A stretch of DNA of 32,000 nucleotides. It comes from Thermodesulfobacteriota bacterium. GTDB taxonomy: Bacteria > Desulfobacterota > WTBG01 > JAGOGO01. Of the stretch, positions 9,047-16,501 are shown piece by piece. Position numbers and translations under genes: made by a program. Each line of letters opens with the position of its first letter. Position 1 is the first letter of the stretch. The notes under the pieces were generated by a model that worked only from the letters and a program-made list of their open reading frames with translations, was not told the origin of the DNA and searched no databases. The stretch lies in the NCBI GenBank assembly GCA_026625185.1, contig CP113000.1, forward strand, positions 915,622 through 947,621, in the 5' to 3' direction.

Positions 9047-9282
9047 GGGGACGTAGGGACTAAAACAACTTAACATATTTCTCGGTCTCTGGTAGTTTCT
9101 CAGAGTTCGCCAACCGATTAGCCGCTGAGGTCGTTACCCCAAGAAACCGGGCAATCCCTGCCCACCTATCCCCGGGCCCATGATGGAGCACCCCGGGAGC
9201 ATCAAGTCTTGGTTTCCTCGGCATGATCGGATACTATCGTCTCTAAGCCGCTATGTCAAGTTGTTTTAGTCCCTACGTCCCC
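9047..9282. mobile_element. Inverted-repeat-bounded 236-bp element enclosing a decayed Y1-transposase mini-ORF (MITE-like remnant)
   Basis: Left arm 9047-9077 is ggggacgtagggactaaaacaacttaacata. The right arm 9252-9282 is its reverse complement with one mismatch (30/31). An extra partial copy ggggacgtagg lies at 9030-9040. Confidence 0.55.
9060..9224 (-). pseudogene. Internally deleted IS200/COG1943-like (Y1, REP-associated-type) transposase remnant, 54 codons
   Basis: Translates to MPRKPRLDAPGVLHHGPGDRWAGIARFLGVTTSAANRLANSEKLPETEKYVKLF*. The N-terminal MPRKPRxDAPGxLHH and the C-terminal HTH-like IARxLGVxxSAxxR resemble the two ends of ~300-aa transposase-like proteins as I recall them. The catalytic middle is missing. 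Confidence 0.5.
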
Positions 9283-10051
9283 TAAGACGTCCAAATGCCT
9301 CCATAAACCGGGAACTGGCAGCACTCAAGCGAATGTTCCGTCTGGGCGCTCAATGCACACCCCCAAAGGTTGACTAGGACCCCTATATCCCGATGTTGAA
9401 GGAGTCCAATGTTAGGAAGGGCTTCTTTGAACACCACGAATATTTAGCTCTCAAAAAGGCTCTGCCTGATTATCTGAGACCGGTCATTACCTTTGCTTAT
9501 CATACCGGCTGCAGAAAAGCTGAAATCCTCAATCTTACCTGGAACCGGGTAGACCTTAAAGAAGGCACGGTAAGGTTGATGAGACGAAAAACGAAGAAAG
9601 CCGAACCATTTACCTTGAGGAAACAATATTGCAAGAGTTAAAAACCCTCTATGACCTTTACAAAAATAATCCCTTATCTCCTTTTGTTTTTCATAGAGAG
9701 GGTAACCAAATAAAGGACTTCAGGGAGGCTTGGGATTCGGCTTTTATCCGGGCAGGGCTTTTTGAGGTGGTAAGAAAAGAAGAGGAGGAAGGTGATCCCT
9801 TTATAAATTTCCCTACAAAAATTTTTCACGATTTTAGACGAACAGCTATCAGAAATATGATTCGGTCCGGGATACCGGAAAGGGTAGCTATGCAGATATC
9901 CTGGCATAAGACAAGATCGGTATTCGATCGATATAACATCGTGAGCGATCAGGACCTCCGCGAGGCGGCCAGCAAAAGACAGGATTATTATAAGAGGCAA
10001 GAGGGTATTAGGGCAAAGGTTATCGCTTTTAAAAAAACCAAAGGTGAATGA
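9283..10051 (+). pseudogene. Tyrosine recombinase (phage-type integrase) pseudogene: 5'-truncated, one in-frame stop, one frameshift
   Basis: Frame 0 reads SINRELAALKRMFRLGAQCTPPKVD-TAG(9375-9377)-DPYIPMLKESNVRKGFFEHHEY...[29 protein letters not shown]. After a frameshift near 9575-9580 it continues [24 protein letters not shown]...[40 protein letters not shown] (R, HxxR and Y catalytic positions). The N-terminal domain is absent; homology starts right at the IR element. Confidence 0.85.
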
Positions 10052-10139
10052 GACAAAAAATTTTTTTCCTAAATGGTGTCGTTTTGGTTATCATCGAATC
10101 TGGCCATTAAAAAAGGGCTTAGCTCGAATCCGCTAACCA

Positions 10140-10206
10140 CTTAAAATTATTAGTGCCGGAGGCCGGACTTGAAACGGCACAGAGCCGAGCCCCGGGGGAT
10201 TTTGAG
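10140..10206 (-). repeat. Direct repeat, left copy: decayed 3' portion of tRNA-Leu plus 14 nt of 3' flank (att-like)
   Basis: cttaaaattattag + tgccggaggccggacttgaaAcggcacAgagcCgagccccgggggattttgag matches 15079-15145 at 62/67 positions. It covers the tRNA from the 3' end to the anticodon loop. The T-stem is broken by a substitution, so it is not a functional tRNA. Confidence 0.85.
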
Positions 10207-10223
10207 ACCAAAACACATGAAAG

Positions 10224-10253
10224 ACGGGAGATTCACAACCTCCCGTTTTTCTT
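10224..10253 (+). terminator. Intrinsic terminator-like hairpin
   Basis: ACGGGAG-attcacaac-CTCCCGT followed by TTTTTCTT. Confidence 0.55.
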
Positions 10254-10641
10254 ATTAACTATTTATTATGCCTATACAAATCAAAAATTCTATAGTTGGA
10301 TACAGTTGGATTGCGTTGGCAACATTTCGGATATGACGGGCACAAAAATAGGCACAAGGCCATGGTGGGGTGATCGAGCCGACCGTTGACCCCATCATAC
10401 GGTTTCATCCCCTGAACTGCGGAGGTGAAAATTCACCTTGTGGGTTTTAATTCGGTTTTGGCCTGTTTTTTTCTGTCTGCTCTAGAAAAACTATACAATC
10501 TTAAGCTGGCCCGCTATCCTTACCAGAACTTCCAATCAAAATACTATCCTTTTTTCGTGAAAGTAAGTGATTCACCTTATTTTCTTTTTATGAGTAGAGC
10601 CTTATTTTAAAAATATAATCATATCCTATCTTCTCCTCCTT

Positions 10642-10680
10642 AAATGGCCGGTCAAAAAACTTGTCCGGCCATTTTCTTGA
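10642..10680 (+). terminator. Strong hairpin with a T-rich tail (orphan terminator)
   Basis: AAATGGCCGG-13 nt-CCGGCCATTT followed by TCTTG. There is no annotated gene upstream on this strand. Confidence 0.45.
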
Positions 10681-10715
10681 GGAAAGGGCAAAGTCTTTTA
10701 CTCTCAACAAATCAA

Positions 10716-10743
10716 TTGCAAGATAGATTGATTGATATAGAAT
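10716..10743 (+). promoter_or_regulatory. Sigma70-like promoter for the CMD gene
   Basis: TTGCAA (10716-10721), 16-nt spacer, TAGAAT (10738-10743). Confidence 0.45.
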
Positions 10744-10787
10744 GGTCTTCAAGGTAACAAGATTCGTCCATCTTAAAAGGAGGTTGC

Positions 10788-11120
10788 ATGAAAAAACAAA
10801 AATTACCTAAACATTATTTAGCAAAAGAAAAGAAGTTTAAGGAATTTTTTGATGCCCTAGAGAACCTTGGCAAGGTCACCAAAAAACAGGGGCCATTAGA
10901 GGAAAAGACTTCCCAGCTTATCCAATTGGCAGCAGCAGCCGCCATACGCTCTGAAGGGTCTGTTCACAGCCATACAAGAAGAGCTATCAAAGCAGGAGCA
11001 AAGCCCGAGGAGATTTACCACACAATTATTCTCCTCACCTCTACCATTGGCTTTCCAACCGTTGCTGCTGCTTTAAGCTGGGTTGATGATGTGGTAGGGA
11101 AGAAACAAGGTAAAAGTTAA
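10788..11120 (+). CDS. Carboxymuconolactone decarboxylase (AhpD-like) family protein, Cys-less variant
   Basis: 110 aa with strong SD aaaaggagg. LIQLAAAAAIRSEGSVHSHTRRAIKAGAKPEEIYHTIILL matches the CMD core helix pair, with Ser where the CxxC cysteines normally sit. Confidence 0.75.
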   Translation: MKKQKLPKHYLAKEKKFKEFFDALENLGKVTKKQGPLEEKTSQLIQLAAAAAIRSEGSVHSHTRRAIKAGAKPEEIYHTIILLTSTIGFPTVAAALSWVDDVVGKKQGKS

Positions 11121-11628
11121 AATACTAAAGTCAATTTGGAAGGTTGATTTGCTTCCTTTCCCTTCCTCTGGAACTATGGTCATTAGGTCATTTAGGTGCA
11201 TCCATTTTAGTTAAGATAGCAAGCAAGGTTAATACCTTATAAGTCTATGCAGGGGGGATCAATTGGAGACCCTTTTATTTTTAATTAAAAATGAGAGTCT
11301 CAAAAGAGGTGATTTGGTTTAGGAGGTCCAGATCGTGATTTTCATATAATGTCCTTATTTGTATTATAATTGATTTTTAACCTTTATAGGTTTAAAATAT
11401 TTTTAGGTTTCAGATGGTTTTTATTTCTTAAATAAGAAATAGAAAAGAAATAACCGGGGAGGGAAATGTATCCATGTTTCCGTGAACTAATATAGGCCGA
11501 ATTGCCGAAAAGGCGGTTTGCCTATTTATTTGCTAATTGAAAGGTCAGGGTTCCAAGAATGTTGTAGCTATTACATTTCAAGGGATAATTCTCCAACTTT
11601 ATCTTAGTTAACGAAAGGAGGTAAAGCC

Positions 11629-12321
11629 ATGACAAATGGAAAACCTGAGCAATTTAAAATGTTAGTTAACTTAATAGATGAAGCCGCTAAAGGAAAAAAA
11701 ATCGCCCTGAATACCAAGCCCATTCGAGAGGTTATTAAATTAATACAAGAAGATCAATATATCGATACTGTTATTCTATCAATGGAATACAGCGGCACGG
11801 TAAATGGTGACCCCTTTGCATTTAAAAAGGAATATTCCTTTGCTTATGACGAGGCGGAGTATGCTCTTGAAAGCCTTTTGATTGCCAATAATAGACTTCA
11901 AATGGATTACGAAAGACTGAAAGAGGCAGGTATCGTTGTAAAGGGTGAGTTTTTTACCATCCAGGATTCCTTTTTGGGGCTACCTGGGGACGCATCGTTG
12001 AAGAGGCCAGCTTTAAGACTGCAGGACTTCATTCAGCTTATGCGTGCGGGAGGACCGGTTTCCGTTAAGGTGACCCTCAAATGCCCGGATATGATGGTAA
12101 AACAGGTGGATGGGGAGAAAAAAGGATTTGGTCATATGGCGGCTTTTGAGTTTACCACGGGAGAGAGCAAGACAACTATCGAAAAACTCTATAAAATTGG
12201 ATGCTATGATGACACCGCAGAAGCTCAGGCAGAAACAAGGGAGGTGGCAAACAGGCGACTGGCAAGAGATTGCGAGCGGTTGAGAAATGCAGGCATGAAT
12301 GTTGATGAGCTGGCGTTTTAG
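11629..12321 (+). CDS. Hypothetical protein built from two tandem ~115-aa repeats
   Basis: 230 aa with SD gaaaggagg. The halves end in related helices: EAEYALESLLIANNRLQMDYERLKEAGIVVKGEFF versus TAEAQAETREVANRRLARDCERLRNAGMNVDELAF. I recognise no family. Confidence 0.7.
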   Translation: MTNGKPEQFKMLVNLIDEAAKGKKIALNTKPIREVIKLIQEDQYIDTVILSMEYSGTVNGDPFAFKKEYSFAYDEAEYALESLLIANNRLQMDYERLKEAGIVVKGEFFTIQDSFLGLPGDASLKRPALRLQDFIQLMRAGGPVSVKVTLKCPDMMVKQVDGEKKGFGHMAAFEFTTGESKTTIEKLYKIGCYDDTAEAQAETREVANRRLARDCERLRNAGMNVDELAF

Positions 12322-12447
12322 TTAGCCTGGCAAGACGAAGCTGATTCTACCTGCAATTGATATATACCCAGCGATGTCAACGCATAAAAAAACATTATTA
12401 TAACCCATCAAAGTTTTTTTTGCCGCCACGCAACCTGAACCTCAATA

Positions 12448-13134
12448 TTAAGTATCGATTCTGATATGTATTCGCAACTGAAAATTGTGGACACCCAAAC
12501 CCCGAAGAGGAACTTCAAAAACAGTACCATCGTTAACCATCGGAGGAATGCTGATCTTGACAACCTCCTCATCTTCTACTAACCCTTGTTCCCGGCAATG
12601 AAAACACGGGAAATGCCAATCATGGCCTAACCCACCACAAAATGGACAGGTATAAAAAACCGGCACACCAAGAGGCGCAACCCCACCTCTTCTTGCCTCA
12701 TCAGGAGAAAGGACAACCTCTACATTTAACTCCTGTATGCCTTCCCCCTTTGGAATCCCAATTCCAGTGAAATTCCTAACAATCCGATCGAACATCTCAT
12801 TAAAAGAAGGACTGGATGTTTGGAAATCTCTAGTGAGTGACATGGGCTCAGGTATTAAAGGCTCAGGTTCTCCTCCTTCCGGTCTCATCATTGGTCTCAT
12901 TTCAATTTTTAGGTTCTTTTCCCCAGGACGCAGGCTTTCATTATATTCATTTCTTTTTTGCGGATCAGAAAGAACACTATAAGCTTCAATGATGTCTTGA
13001 AAATGGCGTGTTCCATCCGGACCTACTCGATCCGGATGGAAAGTTTTTGCCATCTTCCGAAAGGCTTTACGAATTCCAGCCTCACTCTCTGTATGGGGCA
13101 CGCCGAGAATTATGTAATAGTTTTTCTTCTCCAT
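12448..13134 (-). CDS. J-domain (DnaJ-like) co-chaperone with a short Cys-rich finger and beta-rich C-terminus
   Basis: The ORF track starts at TTG 13155; ATG 13134 gives MEKKNYYIILGV... J domain with HPD (AFRKMAKTFHPDRV...EAYSVLSDPQKRNEYN). Also has CPFCGG..H....CFHC. Last gene of the hsp20-hsp20 operon. Confidence 0.85.
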   Translation of the reverse strand: MEKKNYYIILGVPHTESEAGIRKAFRKMAKTFHPDRVGPDGTRHFQDIIEAYSVLSDPQKRNEYNESLRPGEKNLKIEMRPMMRPEGGEPEPLIPEPMSLTRDFQTSSPSFNEMFDRIVRNFTGIGIPKGEGIQELNVEVVLSPDEARRGGVAPLGVPVFYTCPFCGGLGHDWHFPCFHCREQGLVEDEEVVKISIPPMVNDGTVFEVPLRGLGVHNFQLRIHIRIDT

Positions 13135-13216
13135 CACTGCAAACTTATCTTGCAATTTTCATTAGGACATGGGAAAAGAACCCAGCTTGAGGAGAAAATC
13201 ATTCCATATTCTTGAT

Positions 13217-13627
13217 CTATCCTGTCTTTACCGCTATCTTTCTTGGTTTTGCCGCTTCCACCTTCGGTAAGTCCAATCGTAACACTCCATCGGCAAGTGA
13301 TGCTTCAATTTTCGATTGGTCAATTGCATCTGAAAGGGCAAACTGACGAAAATATCTTCCGGTCTGGTACTCGCGCAGTAGGACTACTTCATCTGATCCT
13401 TCGGGCGGGCTAACTTCCCCTACTATGGTGAGCTGGTTGTTATCGAGATCGATCGTCAAACCGTCTTTCTTTACACCCGGCAAATCAGCTAACAACGTAA
13501 GCTCACGATCCGTTTCAAAAATATCTACCGCCGGAGTAAACACCAGCCCAGCCCTCGTTTGTTCGGCAGGAGTTGCTACTGCCTGTTTTTCTTTTACTTG
13601 CAGGTCCTTTGTTTCTTTTTCAGCCAT
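13217..13627 (-). CDS. Hsp20/alpha-crystallin family small heat-shock protein
   Basis: 136 aa with SD aaggaggg: PAVDIFETDRELTLLADLPGVKKDGLTIDLDNNQLTIVGE...YFRQFALSDAIDQSKIEASLADGVLRLDLPK. Confidence 0.95.
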   Translation of the reverse strand: MAEKETKDLQVKEKQAVATPAEQTRAGLVFTPAVDIFETDRELTLLADLPGVKKDGLTIDLDNNQLTIVGEVSPPEGSDEVVLLREYQTGRYFRQFALSDAIDQSKIEASLADGVLRLDLPKVEAAKPRKIAVKTG

Positions 13628-13661
13628 ATCTAATCCCTCCTTTTAAAATCTCATGACTCTC

Positions 13662-14126
13662 TTAGGATACTTTAATGGGAATCTGTTTCGGTTTTGCAAT
13701 TTCGGCTTTGGGCAAAATCACCGTAAGGACACCGTCCGAACTCTTTGCTTCTACTTTGCTGGTGTCAATTTGAGCCGGTAACTTGATCATCCGGCGAAAG
13801 CTTCCTGCTTCTCGTTCCCGACGATGGTATTTGACATTTTTATGCTCGGCGATAATTTTTCGCTCTCCTGAAATCGAAATACTGTTGCCAGTAATCGATA
13901 TATCCACATCGCTTGCCTTTGTCCCAGGCAGCTCTGCCCGAAGATAGAAGTTGTCCTTATCTTCGGTAATATTGGTTAAAGGGAATACTCCCGTGGGCAA
14001 TTCCACCGGCCATGTCCGAGGAACTTCTTCAAAAACTCTATCTAGCTCCCTTCGCATGCGCGCTAATTCCTCGAATGGGCTTTTCCACCCCCAGGTAGGT
14101 GCGTCAAAATACCTTCTAATTATCAT
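13662..14126 (-). CDS. Hsp20/alpha-crystallin family small heat-shock protein
   Basis: 154 aa with SD aaggagg: PLTNITEDKDNFYLRAELPGTKASDVDISITGNSISISGERK...GSFRRMIKLPAQIDTSKVEAKSSDGVLTVILPK. Confidence 0.95.
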   Translation of the reverse strand: MIIRRYFDAPTWGWKSPFEELARMRRELDRVFEEVPRTWPVELPTGVFPLTNITEDKDNFYLRAELPGTKASDVDISITGNSISISGERKIIAEHKNVKYHRREREAGSFRRMIKLPAQIDTSKVEAKSSDGVLTVILPKAEIAKPKQIPIKVS

Positions 14127-14514
14127 GACGAATTCCTCCTTATTTCTATAAGTTAGTTTATCTGCTTAGAATCAAAATCTGTAGGTTTTAGAATTTACTT
14201 TGCAAAGATGGTACTAGAAATTACTAGGAGGGGGTCTATGTAAGAACCCCAATGAAGGCAAACTATTCTGGTGATAATTGTGTAAGGTGATTTTGTTAAT
14301 TTCATTTATAACCATCGTTCGACCTCCTCTGAAACAATTCAAATACTGGTTAATTGCAAAAAAGGAGATTAAAAGCTGGTTTTGTATTTCTCCTATTTCT
14401 TGGAGGTTACCTCAATCAAACAAAGCGTTTTTATGGATAATTCATTTTTTTTCGTTGTCAAGGGGTAACAGAAATTTTTTTAAAGTGATCAAAAAAAAGT
14501 AAAAAAAGCCACCA

Positions 14515-14838
14515 ATGGTAAAGGCAATTTTGGGTGCAAGAATCAGGAAGTTACGGAAGGAAAAGGGGCTGTCCCAAGAGGCATTGGCGGAACAGGCAGA
14601 CCTTCATTACATTTTTGTTGGAAGGGTTGAACGAGGAGAAAAGAACCCCTCTTTAATTAACCTACAAAAATTGGCCAAGGCCCTCGAAATAAGCCTTATT
14701 GACCTTTTTGATTTGCCAGAATTAAAAGAAAGGCCCGATGATTTTAAGAAAAAACTCGCTCAAGAAATGAAACACTTTGATGAGGAAATAGCAGAGACCT
14801 TACTAAAATTGATTAAAGCCATAAACGTTAAAAAATAA
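14515..14838 (+). CDS. XRE-family helix-turn-helix transcriptional regulator
   Basis: 107 aa: LGARIRKLRKEKGLSQEALAEQADLHYIFVGRVERGEKNPSLINLQKLAKALEISLIDLF. Divergent from the hsp20 operon. Confidence 0.85.
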   Translation: MVKAILGARIRKLRKEKGLSQEALAEQADLHYIFVGRVERGEKNPSLINLQKLAKALEISLIDLFDLPELKERPDDFKKKLAQEMKHFDEEIAETLLKLIKAINVKK

Positions 14839-15039
14839 CTTTCTTCACACTCTCCTGAGATTAACCATGCGCTCTTTTGGCGATTTTTAAATTTATAGGG
14901 CGTGAAGCTAATCTTGCTCTTCCGTAATAATAAAAATCCGCAAAATTACTTATCCAATGGTCATACCAGAACCAACTAAAAAACAAAATGAGTCTTTGCG
15001 TAAAAAATGGGGAGAGAGTGGGGAGAGAATAAGAAAGTA

Positions 15040-15081
15040 AAGAAAAAGGGGTTTTGATTTTTTAAATATCAATAACCCCTT
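15040..15081 (-). terminator. Intrinsic terminator of tRNA-Leu
   Basis: Minus strand: AAGGGGTT-20 nt-AACCCCTT followed by TTTTTCTTT, starting 12 nt after the tRNA 3' end. Confidence 0.7.
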
Positions 15082-15145
15082 AAAATTACAAGTGCCGGAG
15101 GCCGGACTTGAACCGGCACGGAGCTGAGCCCCGGGGGATTTTGAG
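15079..15145 (-). repeat. Direct repeat, right copy (inside and just 3' of the intact tRNA-Leu)
   Basis: 62/67 identical to 10140-10206. The repeats delimit 10207-15078. Confidence 0.85.
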
Positions 15146-15177
15146 TCCCCTGCGTCTGCCAATTTCACCACTCCGGC
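15093..15177 (-). tRNA. tRNA-Leu (anticodon CAA), long variable arm, no encoded CCA
   Basis: Minus strand: GCCGGAG-TG-GTGAAATTGGCAGAC-GC-A-GGGGA-CTCAAAA-TCCCC-CGGGGCTCAGCTCCGT-GCCGG-TTCAAGT-CCGGC-CTCCGGC-A. Acceptor, anticodon and T stems pair perfectly, and the anticodon loop is CU-CAA-AA. Confidence 0.95.
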
Positions 15178-15192
15178 TAATTTAATTTTATT

Positions 15193-15222
15193 ATTTTAAA
15201 TTTTTTTTTCTAAAATTGTCAA
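15193..15222 (-). promoter_or_regulatory. Sigma70 promoter of tRNA-Leu
   Basis: Minus strand: TTGACA (15222-15217), 18-nt spacer, TAAAAT (15198-15193), ~15 nt upstream of the mature 5' end. Confidence 0.65.
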
Positions 15223-15459
15223 GCGTTAATTAAATGTCTTGGTAAATCCCGTTAGAAAATTTTCTAATGGCAATTACCGGTGTAAAAAAGCATGAGACTT
15301 TTTCTAACGGAGCAAGGACCCGCAGGATTGATATAAAAATTCCTTTTAGCCCGGCAAGGCGTTTCATTTCCGTGATTTTTACGTTAAGAGGAGACACGTT
15401 TTCAGAGCCTCGCGAACAATAAAAAACGGCTCTTGGCTGCCTAAAATCAGTTTTTAAAA

Positions 15460-15984
15460 CTACGCACCGTCTAAAGAATGATGTTCTTTCTTTCTGAACC
15501 ACGAAACTGAATCAATAAGATATTCCTCAGTGTCTTTGAGTGAAAGATAATGTTCTCGCTCCATATTCGCCAGTAGCTCAAAAAATTGCTTCTCCTTAAT
15601 ATCTGAAACCTGACTCTGTAAATTTTTATAATACAGTGCCCCCGTTGCCTCAAATTCGATTGCCGTGCGGACGGCCTCTAAATCATTCTCGTCTTTTTCC
15701 GGCGATGTTTCCATTTTCTGAAGAAAATCCTTGAGAACATCTCGTACCATAGTATCCTTTACTTTTAAAGGAACCGTTTCCGGCCATTTTTCTTGTTGCA
15801 CCCATTTTTGGTGTAACTCCTTCAATCTTTCGTAGTGTTCTAATTCTTCATCTCCGATGAGCTGAAACATAATTTTCCCCAGAGCGTTTCTTGTTTTCTG
15901 AGCGTTCTTTAGGTAGAACTCTCGCTCCCTCATCTCGTTGGCAAGGGCTACTTCGATTGCATTGAGGCGTTCTTTTTCGTTCAT
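15460..15984 (-). CDS. Rubrerythrin/ferritin-like diiron family protein (no rubredoxin domain)
   Basis: The ORF track starts at 15996. ATG 15984 (MNEKERL...) has GGAGGG 6 nt upstream. Paired ExxH motifs: GDEELEHYERL and ANMEREHYLSL. Confidence 0.8.
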   Translation of the reverse strand: MNEKERLNAIEVALANEMREREFYLKNAQKTRNALGKIMFQLIGDEELEHYERLKELHQKWVQQEKWPETVPLKVKDTMVRDVLKDFLQKMETSPEKDENDLEAVRTAIEFEATGALYYKNLQSQVSDIKEKQFFELLANMEREHYLSLKDTEEYLIDSVSWFRKKEHHSLDGA

Positions 15985-16501
15985 AATACCCTCCATAAGA
16001 AAAGTTACTAATCTTCTCTGTTTTAAAAATAATACGATACGGTGACCGTGGTGAATAAGGTCTTCACCCCATATTCTTTTTCCTAACCATGTATTGTTTA
16101 TTTATACGTGGGAAAAATAGTAATAAATAAAGCGCATGCCCTTGAAAGCAGGACCACATTCTAGCTCATTCTGGGATCTCCGGTGAATTATTGAGACCTT
16201 AGGTGGCATTATTTTGAGACATTCGGAGAGGCAACCGTGCTCTATTGCAACCCCTTCCTCTGAAATAAATGCCTTCCAAATTATAAAAATACAGTCTTTT
16301 GAGGAAAAAAATACTGTCTTTTTCTTATTGGCTGTACATTTCCATTTGGATTATTGTGGTATTAAATCATTTTTAAAACAGGGGGGGAAAGTTCATTATT
16401 CAATGCCTTTCAAGTATCATGGAGATAAAGTCATCTCCGACATTGCTCGTGAGGCATATGAAGAACTATTAATAACTTGGCACTAAAAAAGGAGGTGCTT
16501 T

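Noticed and set aside
9047-9282. The GTTTTAG-containing 31-nt repeats, considered as a CRISPR array or tracr-like element.
   Set aside because: There are only two full copies and they are inverted, not direct. There is no spacer periodicity and no cas genes in the window.
10153-10389. 78-aa ORF starting inside the tRNA-Leu fragment.
   Set aside because: Its first ~18 codons are the tRNA-derived repeat itself, and it has no SD. It is an artefact of the att-like sequence.
14278-15502. ORFs 14278-14502 (+), 14950-15171 (-) and 15230-15502 (-).
   Set aside because: The first lies in the hsp20/XRE divergent control region with no SD. The second is the reverse reading of tRNA-Leu and its terminator. 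The third overlaps the rubrerythrin 3' end and the tRNA promoter region, with an implausible sequence.
16470-16490. TGGCAC hexamer before the 100-aa ORF, and TGGTAC near 14210, considered as sigma54 -24 elements.
   Set aside because: No TTGC(A/T) -12 element at the required spacing in either case.
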